Origin: Eledone cirrhosa
Taxonomy: Eukaryota
Direction of reading: 5' to 3'
DNA: 64,000 nt
Assembly: GCA_964016885.1 (NCBI GenBank)
Contig: CAXHJY010000510.1
Coordinates: forward strand, 1-64,000
Of this stretch, positions 52,900 to 64,000 are shown one piece after another (the first letter of the stretch is position 1; each line of letters starts with the position of its first letter). The translations under genes and the position numbers were made by a program. The notes below the pieces were generated by a model, which did no database searches, was not told where the DNA came from, and saw only the letters and a program-made list of their open reading frames with translations.

Positions 52900-53295
52900 G
52901 CATATATAATAATAATACAATGCTTACAGAACGAAGGCACAAATATTATATATAGGAATGGGAAAACAAACAAAAAAAGAGGAAAAGAAAGAGAAAAGAA
53001 AAATATAAGAAAAATCACAGAATCGGTTTGCACACACATCAAGGACCACATACAATAAAGGGCAGGTGAAAGGGGTGGACAACCGAGCTGCGACCAGAGC
53101 AAAAGATAACAGTATTGCGAGGAACACTGGGAAACCTCTCTAATAATTTTTGAAGCAAGCCAGCATGCTCGCAGCGTTATCTCAGCGAGGCTGAGGTGCT
53201 GGAACAACCAAGTGCCCTCACGAGCTTCACCAGTTATCTCAGTTAGGCGAGCCGCCAGTGAAGATGTCAGTAGCCTGACTCCCCCAAACGCCTTT
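52900..53295 (-). mobile_element. Second CRE-clade 3'-end fragment
   Basis: Minus strand FGGV..SSLAARLTEITGEAREGTWLFQHLSLA..NAASMLA, homologous to 18785-19665 but with the 62-bp segment single-copy. Confidence 0.8.
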
Positions 53296-53759
53296 TACTT
53301 CGTGAATTCATAAAAAGGTGAGGGGAAATAATTTTATTTTACTATAAAAACAGTGTAAGGGAGATAATTCTACCAATAGATGACAAGGGAAATAACTTTT
53401 AATTTATGAAAATATAAACAGTTCAAAACAAATATCTCTGTATCGTTGAATCAGGGATGTTGATTCCAGGTAGACTGGTATTAAACAGTTAAGTTAATGT
53501 TTGGAACATAACTTAATAAAAGTACTTACAGAAAATTATGATAAAAGGTTTTTTAAGTCATAGACTTTAATCTTTCAAATAATTTCGAAAAAAAGAAATT
53601 GGTGAGATTTAGAAATATAATATATAAAATAATTGTTTCTACTTTTGGCACAAGGCCAGCAATTACCCCAGAGCATTACTGGTGCTTTATTTTATCGACC
53701 TCATAAGGATGAAAGACAAAGTTAAATCAGAGAATTTTTCTTGCCTCCCTTCTTGAAAA

Positions 53760-54770
53760 TTGGGATTATCCCACAAGATTGCCAATGCTTAGGTGCCTTT
53801 CCAGGAATCCAGATCACCTGGCACACACAAGTCAGCCGGTGAATATTTTCTATTTAAGGCGTTGAATATCTCAATCCAAATTTCGTCCGCCCCATGGGAC
53901 TTGTCACATTTGAGCTCTTTAATTGCTTTGATGACATTAGCCTTTGAGAAATTAGTCTTCGCTCCCAGATGCACCTCGTGTACATCTGATGCTGTTGTGA
54001 CTGGGTTTAGATCAGCAAATTTTTATCTCCATCTTGCACAGATACTACTCTCTGAAGAAAGGCGAACCCGAGACACGTTGCTGATAGCAGGCATTCAGGA
54101 GAACTTTATGAAATTGGCAGATGGTTTGCTAGAACACTTTGTATGCTGATCTGGAGTCAGATTCCAGCTTAACCCCAAATTCCTCCCATGTCATATTTTT
54201 GGATGCCTTTACTGTGTCTTCTGCAACTTTTCACACCTATCTGTAAAGTGCCAAGCTTTGTACACCCCCTTGCCTTTGACGGCATATTTGACCACTTGAT
54301 TAAACCAATGGTTCCTCCCGTCATTCAGTGCTACACCAAGCTACTTTCAATTAGAGCATTTAACAGCTAAAGCAGAAATTGCCAAGCTGAACTGTCTGTA
54401 CTATTGGCTACATCCTCAGTTTGTTCAAGGAGTTCTCTGAATTTGGATGCTATATTATCCACGAACCTGTTCCTAACTTCCTTATCTACCAGCGCTTCCT
54501 ACTTTAACCGATAGGTTGAACTGGGCTTGCAGGTTTTGTGTGTTTTCTTGTCTCAGACTGCAGATAACTCGGTGGTGATTCGTTGTCAGTTCAGACCTCT
54601 CTTAACACGAACATCCAGCACAGAATTGAAGAGATCAGGGACAATAACAAAACCAATTATTGCTCTCTCTCCCTGATTCTCCTTATACCATGTGTATTTA
54701 TGGATGCCTTTGTCTCTGGAAGAAGTTGTTCATCATAAAGAGCCCACTATTAGGACAGTACCCAAAAGGA
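53760..54770 (-). mobile_element. Degraded LINE (RTE-like) endonuclease-linker-RT remnant
   Basis: VIKAIKELKCDKSHGADEIWIEIF (K.PG.D.I..E motif) and NSVLDVRVKRG...NHHRVICSL (APE C-terminus). Confidence 0.55.
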
Positions 54771-55827
54771 AGTATACCCAAATAATTCATATCTTTTAAT
54801 GCTATTCATATCCATATTATTGTTAGTTTCTGACATGGCTATTAGAAAGATCATATGTAATGTAAGGAATTACATGCCTTTCCAATTTCCATAGAAATAA
54901 TTGTTTCTACTTTTGGCACAAGGCCAGCAATTACCCAATGTATTACTGGTACTTTATTTTATCGACCCCGTAAAGATGAAAGGCAAAGTTAACCTCGACG
55001 GGATTTGAACTCAGATCGTAAAGAGACGTCACTATGCTGGAAAACATGGCGTCCGACCCTCTACCAATACTGCCAATCCACCGCCCTTTTTCCATAGAAA
55101 TAATTGTTTCTACTTTAGGCACAAGGCCAGCAATTATTCCAGTGCATTACTGGTACTTTATTTTATCGACCCCGTAAGGATGAAAGGCAAAGTCAACCTC
55201 GGCGGGATTTGAACTCAGATCGTAAAGGGACGTAACTATGTGGAAAACATGGCGTCCGACTCTCCACCGATACTGCCAATTCACCGAATAATGATACTAT
55301 ATATTTCTGCTGTTGTATGGAATGAGGAAACTTAATTACCCGTTCATATAATTATACTCACAAAGACTTATACTTAAAAGGAAAGTTTATCAATGTCAAC
55401 TCATTATCTACAGTTATCCATGCATATCTAATTTCATCTCTCCTTCATTCTATTTCTGTTGGCATAATATAACTGACATTAATTAAATATACATATATTA
55501 CTTTTGGTCTTTGGAATGTGGCAATGCTGGAGCATAGTCTTCAAAAGTGTTCTTGTTTCATCAATACAGAAACAAACTAATATATTATTCTCAGCAAACT
55601 ATGTTGTAACCCTTTAGTTACCATATATCAAATAAATGACAGTCGATGATTTTCGAATAATTTCGAAAATTCTCTACGGGGGAGGATCGATAAAATAAAG
55701 TACCAGTAATGTACTGGGTATTTGCTGGCATTGTGCCTAAAGTAGAAACAATTATTTATCTGGAGATTGGAACATATTTTAATGAAGGTTTTAGCATAAA
55801 ATTATAAGACAGTTTTCTATCATATAA

Positions 55828-55920
<93 letters not shown>

Positions 55921-55921
<1 letters not shown>

Positions 55922-56437
55922 AAGCATCAGCTGTGATAGGGCGAGCAATAAAATTCTTATTTTATTTTTAGTTTTCGGCAAGCCCAGCCGTAACTCGTTT
56001 GATATGCAAATGAGGCTACTCAGCCGATGTGTAATTAAGAAAATACTTTATATTTTCAACCGTTCAACAGATTGGCAAAAGTATACAGTCCTGATGAAGC
56101 GTAATGACCCAGAAACATGTTGATTGTTTCTCAAAGCCAGTGTTGAACAAACGGATGATGATTTGTCCTTGGCATGGCACAGCTTTAATCAGGCCATTTG
56201 TTTACAAATGAATTGAATATTATTATTTGGATTGGCAGTATTGGTGGAGGGTCGGACGCCATGCTTTCCAGCATAGTTACGTCCCTTTACGATCTGAGTT
56301 CAAATCCCACCGAGGTTGACTTTGCCTTTCATCCTTACGGGGTCGATAAAATAAAGTACCAGTAATGCACTGGGTAATTGCTGGCCTTGTGCCTAAAGTA
56401 GAAACAATTATTAATATTCGATATAACCCCTACGTAC

Positions 56438-56473
<36 letters not shown>

Positions 56474-56475
56474 AC
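55921..56475 (+). mobile_element. Hammerhead-bearing short repeat (same family as 27971-28500) with a SINE inserted at 56228-56412
   Basis: Colinear with the reverse complement of 28110-28430; contains a hammerhead at 56085-56127. Confidence 0.78.
56085..56127 (+). ncRNA. Minimal type I hammerhead ribozyme motif (degenerate stem II)
   Basis: ACAGTC-CTGATGA-AGCGTAATGACCCA-GAAA-CATGT-T-GATTGT; palindromic stem III ACATGT. Confidence 0.65.
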
Positions 56476-56498
56476 GTATGTATACTTATATATATATA

Positions 56499-57246
56499 CT
56501 AGCATTAAAGCCCGGCGTTGCTCGGGGTCATTAAGTTACCAAAGTTAGGTTGCACCACCCATTTTATGGCAGCACTTTTTTGTCTGCCAGGCACTGGGTA
56601 AATGAATTGAATAATGTTTTCTAAATTTAAGACAGTAGGGAGTGGTGTGATATGGGGGAGAGTTAGCTGCTGTTTCTAGCAGGTTTAGTGACCTCATAGA
56701 AGATATGTTTTCTAAATTTAAGACAGTAGGGAGGGGTGTGATATGGGGGAGAGTTAGCTGCTGTTTCTAGCAGGTTTAGTAATCTCATAGAGGATATGCC
56801 TTTTCGAAATTTAAGACAGTAGGGAGTGGTGTGGGGAGTGGTGTGGGGAGGGGTGTGATATGGGGAAGAGTTAGCTGCTGTTTCTAGCAGGTTTAGTAAC
56901 CTCATAGAGGATATGTGTTTTCTAAATTTAAGACAGTAGGGAGTGGTGTGAACGGACAGTATCACCATCAAGCTTGAAAAGAGAAAGTAGCAGAAAGTAT
57001 GAAGTTGTATAGATTTTGAATGGTAGTAGAAAGAGTTCAGCAGTTTAAATGACAGAGAAAAATGGTAAAATATTGAGTTTTATCTATTTTTTGCGTAATT
57101 GTGGGTGAAATTGAAAAATTATCTGCGTCAAGACGCAATCGAAACTATTTCAAATACTGAATTGTAAATTTCAATTGAAGAAATTCTATATCGTAGATTT
57201 CTATAATGAAGGAGCATGACCACACACTGAGCTTTATAGATTATGA
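56499..57246 (-). mobile_element. Non-autonomous Helitron with internal ~91-bp tandem repeat (56615-56951)
   Basis: Minus-strand 3' end CCCGAGCAACGCCGGGCTTTAATGCTAG|T; candidate 5' A|TCATAATCTATAAAG. Confidence 0.65.
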
Positions 57247-57494
57247 TAAATTTAAGTGTTGTAGTTGCTTGAGGCATAGTTCAATAGGAACCATAAATTT
57301 AAATAATTTTAAAAACCATACAATGCATTAGAAAATTAAAGGTGCCAAGGTAATGATAGAATCTTACCTTTGCAAATTTAATTGACCTAAATATTTTCGG
57401 CTTTTAAAACCCATTATCAAGGGAGAATCCCTGTGAAGGTCTTACAAGATTGGTCGGAGATGAGTTGTTAGGATGGCAGATTTATTTTAAATGT

Positions 57495-57621
57495 GGCATA
57501 CGTCAAAACGGCCGTTCGCAAAAGTGAAACTAATTTTTGACAGTTACGTACACGTTATAAGAGTTATTTAAATTTATATATATAAAATAAAGGAGCAAAT
57601 AAGAGCATGATATGAAGTCAG

Positions 57622-57660
<39 letters not shown>

Positions 57661-57951
57661 CGAATGTAAAAGAATATATGTAGGGCATAGATAAGGTTTC
57701 CTAGAATTTTACACACACACACATATATACATACACACGTGTATATATTATAGTGTGTATGTGTGCATAAATAAGTGTATATGTGTGTGTACTTTTACAT
57801 TCGTTTACACACACACACACATGGCTGACTTCATATCATGCTCTTATTTGCTCCTTTATTTTATATATATAAATTTAAATAACTCTTATAACGTGTACGT
57901 AACTGTCAAAAATTAGTTTCACTTTTGCGACCGGCCGTTTTGACGTATGCC
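57495..57951. repeat. Long inverted repeat (~160-180-bp arms, ~120-nt spacer)
   Basis: 57495-57673 versus 57792-57951, differing mainly in (GT)n length. Confidence 0.9.
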
Positions 57952-58158
57952 TTTAAATGTAATGAAAAGATGTTAAAATTTTGAGGGTGTGTGTTGTGAA
58001 ATATGTGTGAGAATAAGTGTCTGATATATGTATGTGTGTGCGTGAATGTAAGTTTTGCTTAGTGGGAGATGTATGTATGTGTGTATGATGTATGTATGTG
58101 TGTATGATGTATGTATGTGTGTATGATGTATGTATGTGTGTATGATGTATGTATGTGT

Positions 58159-59810
58159 GTGAGTGTAAGTTTATGTAGCAAAATGCGTGGTGTGCAAATA
58201 TGTATATGATATAAGGGGAAAATATGTGTGTGTATGATATATGTATGTGTCAATGACGTAGATTTAATTTGAGTGATGTATGTGTAACGAAGGATATTAA
58301 AAGTGGTTGTTAGATGAAATAACAAAAATAGTTGATTTACTTTATATATAAAAAGGTTTACTTCACTTCACTCAAAAAAAAACAATAAACAAGTTACCAC
58401 CAGTCGCGAAGGTTGATGATGTCATTTTGTAAGTCTGGGACCAGGAGAGAGAGAGAGATTAATGGTCTGTGGTTGTCTGTAGACCTTAGCGGCCTGAAGG
58501 GTGGCGGTGAATCTTTACATAGCTTGTCTATAGCGTAATGCTCCGATCTCTCTGTATGTTATACGTGGGATGATACAGGCTTTATATGCCTGTCGCTTTC
58601 CGTCTCTCGCCCCGAGAGATCGCTCACGCTTGAACATGACAGATTTCGCTACGTATGTGTGCGCGTGAGTGTAAGTTTATGTAGTGAAAGGTGTGTGCGA
58701 ATATGTCTATGATAAAAAGGGAAACATATGTGTGTGATATATGTATGTGTGTGTATGAGTCTAAGTGTGTATGTTTAGTTAGGACATAGATTTAATTTAA
58801 AAGAAAGAATGACATGTTCCTTAGAACGGGCAACTGCGATGTTGGAGTGATGGTGTAATTGTGTTGGATAAGTTAAATCAGTCATTAGGTGTTACTTCTT
58901 TCCATTCGATTATTGATCCTAGGTTTTTGAATTGCTTGATCAAGAGGGCTTCCTTAAATCTCAGTGTGCCTATACTGCGTTCTGTAGCTAAGACTGTGGT
59001 GGCAATATTGTTGTCCCGGTTTCTGCATTTGATGATGTGTTTGCAGAAGGAAGAGAAGTTGGTGTTAACATGTTCTTTAATACGGAGGTGTAACGGTTAA
59101 ATAGGGCTGCTTATATAGAATAGATTGCACTTGTTACATGCTAGCCTGTATACAACGTAGGTAGGTAGGCAACAATTAGTTAGTGTTGCGTATAGGGCAA
59201 TTGGCCATGGTGCGTCCGCTATCCTCGTTGGGAAGGGGGGTGCCTTGTAGAGAGACATCTACGCCGGGAAGGTCCAGAGTGAGCTAGTTTGATATTGAGG
59301 TCCTCTCTTCTGGTGGCTTTGCATATGGCATTGGTTTCCTCGCTGAGATGTGGGATCTTGAAGAAGCAACTGTTTTTGTGTTGGTCCGGTCTCTGGGTCT
59401 GGGGTTTCGTCATGGGGTGGAGAAGGAAGCTGGGTAGCCGTTAATCTCTAGCGCCCTGTAGAATTGTCTGATATGGGTGGCTCTATTAGCAGCGTCGCTG
59501 CATTGGTTGGCTATGTGAGCCATTTCGTTGAAGATGTACCCTCTTTTAACTTGTCAGGGAGGGCAGATTTGTAATACACAAACAGGTCCCTGCTGAAATC
59601 AAGGAGAACGAGGGACCCAGAGTCAGTGGGATGTTCGATGCTGAGCTTGATGTTATTGTCAGCATTGTTGAAAGATTCGAAAATCTTGTTGGCATTCTCC
59701 TTGGTGGATGTGGGGGCGAGTATATCCTCCACATATCTAGTGAAGAAAGCGCAGGTGTCGCAGGAGCTGAGTACTCAGCGTTCTAGTTTGTTCATATATG
59801 AAATGGCCAG
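58159..59810 (-). mobile_element. Degraded Penelope-like element (RT + GIY-YIG) with partial-tandem 3' region
   Basis: YVEDIL..FNNADNNIKLSIEHP..SLVLLD; FKIPHLSEE; YVVYRLACNKCNLFYI..LHLRIKEH; EALLIK. Direct repeat 58159-58270 / 58666-58798. Confidence 0.75.
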
Positions 59811-60689
59811 TAAACCCGAGAGGCCCGTATGTGTGTATGTATATATGTATATATGTATATATCAGGCCACCAGTTGGTGCTACTGGTAACATGTATCCCA
59901 GTACAACCTGTCTCATGGTCGGGTCGTTGGCGACTAAACTGGCAACCCCACCAAGGTTTCTTGGTGAGGAGGGTGACTTTGGACATCCTGCAGGACTAAA
60001 AACAAAACCTGGCAAAGGGCAAAGGAGCTCTTAAGAGTCAATGGCCATCCAAAATCACCGGGAGAGATGACCCCTTAGCCTTTGTCAAGGCAGAATTCTA
60101 GGAGAAGGAAAACTCTGATATAACACCTTCAACCCTGATGGTATCCAATGATATTGACTTGTTCTTCTTTTTGGTAAATATCCTCTTGGTTAAGAGAGTG
60201 GGACTGGCTTTGTGCAGTGCCTTTGCTCACTATAAAAGCTTCACGGCACAGGCATTGCTTTATATCTGGAGATCTCTCTGCACTTGTCGTCACATGGTAC
60301 CATGGGCCCAGCACTATGTATGAATAATTGTCACAGGTGTAGTGTTTATTCCAGAGTTTTCAAGTCGCTGGCTGGACTAAAAAGTCACACTCGTTCAGTG
60401 CATTGGTAGGGGTTCTCCTACATGGATATAAAGTAGTGGCCGTACTCGAAAACGAGTTGGCAGCCACCATATATATATATATGTATGTATACATATACAA
60501 TTAAATATATATATAAGATTGCTAGGCTAAGGTGTGACACTGTGGAGGAGCTCGCACTGCTTAAAAAATTCTCCTCACGGCAACCAAGTCCAACTCCTGG
60601 CCTTTTTGTGTGGCTTAACATGCAATCCCGGTAGGACTGTCACTACTGACATGAGAAAGGGTGTAGGTGGGTTCTGGTACCTTCAAACC

Positions 60690-60954
60690 GGGTTTCATTT
60701 CCAGAATACCTCTGAAGACAACTGATATACTATTTGAATTTCAAAGACTTCAATTTCCTATCAGACTCAGTTTTTCCACAACCATCAATAAATCTCAAGG
60801 GCAATCATTGAAAGGTGTTGGATTGAACTTGGCAGATCCTGTTTTTTTCACATGGTCAACTCTATGTTGGTACAAGGGTTGGAAACCCTGTCTCTTCGTT
60901 GTAGCACCACAGGACAAAACCAAGAATGTTGTTTATCCAGAGGCTTTAGAATGA
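60690..60954 (+). mobile_element. Helitron helicase C-terminal fragment
   Basis: RIPL..FEFQRLQFPIRLSFSTTINKSQGQSL..VGLNL..KTKNVVYPEALE*. Confidence 0.85.
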
Positions 60955-61196
60955 GCAATATCGTAATTCCTCATTCAATGACAATAGATATTATTTCCTT
61001 AGTCATATAGTTTGTAAGGAATTCTGAAGTTTACTGCATAGTGTTACTTCGGAAGAATATACAGACATTCCTGGGTATCTCTGCTGTATAAAGTAGTATA
61101 AGTGAGATCTTTGTGTGGTAGAAATAGCAGCCAAATTTCGTTCAAATCTCATTCTACTGTTTCATGTATGTATATATGTACGCACGCGCGCGCGCG

Positions 61197-61263
<67 letters not shown>

Positions 61264-61331
61264 ACGCACACGCACACGCACACGCACACGCACACGCACA
61301 CGCACACACACACACACACACACGCGCGCAA

Positions 61332-61405
<74 letters not shown>

Positions 61406-61509
61406 GATAACAAAATATCGTTACAGGTAATCCAATTAGAGGTTGTGAATACTTATTATAATGGATACTTTTAGCGTACGGCATTGCTTGACTCAACAAA
61501 AGGTTTACG

Positions 61510-63945
61510 TAGATGACAAGTTTGACGATGGACTCAGTTGACAGTCGGATCCATCCTACACGTGACAGCTGGTATTCAACATAAACACACAAGTCAGCAA
61601 TACTCAGACATTTGACAAGTGCATGCAGGACAGTTTCATCGTCCTGCGTGCATCTCGGACATGGCTGTAGAGCTTATTTTGGACCGGCAACACTCCCCGG
61701 TAGCACTGCCAGGCCAGGGATTTCAGTAAGTTACCAAAAGGCCTTGAACCGAAAGTTTTGCAGAAGTTAATTTGCAGCTAGTTGAATTTCTTCGATGCCC
61801 AGAGTTTCCCTTAGAACATCATCGTTTTACCCATCACTAACCCTCTATAGAGCACCATGGTGAAGTTTCCACCGATCATAGTGCCGAATTGACTGAGGGC
61901 TCTGAGTGCCTGAAGACATTCTAGCCTCCAAGCAACTCAGTCAAAGAGACGAGATGCAGAAAGGCCTGTCTCACAAACATTGACCACACCTATTCACTAT
62001 TTAAGAATATCTAAAGATGCCGAAGCCTCAGAGCATGTTTGCACATCGTCAGCCATGGGATGCCCAGACCTCTTGCGTCAAGGGTGTTGACAGCAAATGG
62101 ACCTCCTCACTAATGGCATTTGTTCCTTTCACAAGAAGTTGAAGAGGAGCCGTTCCAATTTGGCGAGATGTGAATGGGTACAAGGGATGATGATTAGGGA
62201 GTGGTAGATGACGGACACGATGTACGCGTTTGCCACCTCCACACGACCTTTCCGGTATTGCTTCCTTGCGGCTCATTTCAGGGTGAGATTAGCCATCCTG
62301 CTCATTACCTTGTTCCAGTTATTATTCACCAGGAGATCTGGTCCGAAGCAGACCCTAAGCAAATTCACCTGTCCATTCGTCAAGCGTCAAACAATGTTAT
62401 TGAACGGCATGGACTTGCCTCTCCAGGTGCTGAGCTGCAAATCCACTGACTTTTCCAGGTTCAGTTTCATCGACCGCATATGCCAACACAGCCTTTCGAT
62501 GACCCAGTTCGAGCCGGATGCCCTGCAACAGATCCAGCTTCTGTAGTAAAGGCTCGAGTGTCAATAGGTACAGAAGGGGGGAGAGAGGGCACCCTTGACA
62601 GACCGATTAGAAGATCTGAAACGGTTCCGAAAAGTGGCCATTAACTTTGACCACCGAGCAGATGCTGCTGTGCATTACAGTGATCCAGCCTCTGAAGACA
62701 GGGCCCAAGCCAGCTAGCTGCCTTGAGGACAGCCTCCAGGTACTGATGGTTGACCTTATCAAAAGCTTTCGATTGATCTAAATTGATCAGAGCCCCACAG
62801 AAGCCAGGTGTACACTCTATCTTCTCTATGATATATAGCAAGAGGTGGAAGTTGTTGTATATGGAGCTGGTCGGGATTGTGCAAGTTTGTGTCTCCCCTA
62901 CCAAACCCTCGACAACAAGTGCTAACCTCTTCCCTAACACTTTGGCCAAAATCTGAAATTCTGTGTTGAGCAGAGTTATGGGTCTGAAGTTTTCTAAAGT
63001 ATTCCTCTTGTTTCTCGTCTTTCCTCAGCATCGTTACTTACCTCGGTTCACAGAACTGAAAAAACTCCCATTCTGGGAGTTTTTGTTACCACACTGTGCC
63101 TCCGCCACATGGGCCCATCGAATAGCTTTGGTTCCCTCATTTGTTAGAGCACTCACCTTAGCTCTGATTAGGCAACCTTCATGTTTTGCATCTCAGTTAC
63201 AATGCCTCTAGCACGTCAGTTACAATGCCACTTCTAATAGCATCGTCTAATTTACCTACCAGTTCTCCCTCCTTTATATTTTTCCTAGCGCTATTTCTTT
63301 GCTAAACTACTTCAATCTCTGTGTTGAGATCACCTCACAACCTGTTGTTGACGACCCACCCTGTCAACTTATATTTAATGACCCTGTACCTATAAATCCT
63401 ACGTGCAGTGAATGAAGGTGTTGAGCTTCCAGTAACCAGGTCCTAGCCTATATTTTTTTTTTTTTTTGCCTTCTTTGGTTGTCCCTCATCTTCACCACTA
63501 GAAGACGAGGTCTCCGTGTTACTTTCAGATGTCTGTATTTGTGTGTTTGTCTGGGTGTTAATGTGTGTATTTGTTTCGGGAGCAAAGAGCTTTCTTCATC
63601 TTCCTCTTGGGTTGATTCTGTCTTGGTTGTAGTTGTCATCCACAGTTTAACTGTTGCTGCTGCCGATGTGGGCGTCGTTGGTTGTGCCCTTTTCTGTCCT
63701 GAATTTAGTGTTGGCACCAATGTAAGTTTGCAAGCCATTGCATTTTTTAGCTGAAGACAGAAGGCTCGCAGATGCGTTGCTTCGCCGCAGACGAAGCAGT
63801 GTGACCTTATGCCCACAGTGATCAGTGGTATAGCAGACACCACCCTGCAGGTGAACATGATGTTCTTGAGTTGATCCGGCTTGATTTGGAGAAGAATCTC
63901 CAAATCCACCAGGTCTTCTCTTGATATTTTTGTGACACCTATCAG
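61510..63945 (-). mobile_element. Older degraded Tx1-family copy lacking the endonuclease domain
   Basis: LAKVLGKRLALVV..GALINLDQSKAFDKVNHQYL, PGYWKLN and ORF1 knuckle CFVCGEATHLRAFC; colinear with the 20.5-26.1 kb element. Confidence 0.88.
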
Positions 63946-64000
63946 AGTGGAGGCACGTGGCCTAGTGGTAAGGGTGTTGGACTTACGATCATAATGTTGT

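Overview
Gene-free, repeat-saturated, AT-rich eukaryotic (animal) genomic DNA. The SINE and microsatellite content resembles what I recall of octopus/cephalopod genomes, but that is inference. No host protein-coding gene is supportable. The window opens with about 15 kb of two adjacent (ACC)n-based satellites (1-15172), whose huge ORFs are artefacts. Next come a rearranged CRE-clade non-LTR retrotransposon (N-terminal PHD finger, inverted 5' part, internal 62-bp minisatellite) and a near full-length, frameshifted Tx1/L1-clade element inside a 72-bp minisatellite. A disrupted Helitron Rep-helicase gene is bracketed by ~40-50 bp direct repeats. Several non-autonomous Helitrons, Penelope-like, mariner, Merlin and RTE-like remnants and many tRNA-derived SINEs are also present. 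The most striking unannotated signal is a dense set of type I hammerhead-ribozyme motifs: nine complete or near-complete, plus several halves. They lie in short non-coding repeats that occur as ~300-460 bp partial tandems, circular permutations and fold-back palindromes, an architecture like retrozymes or Penelope-associated elements. All structures and translations were read by eye; boundaries of degraded elements are approximate.
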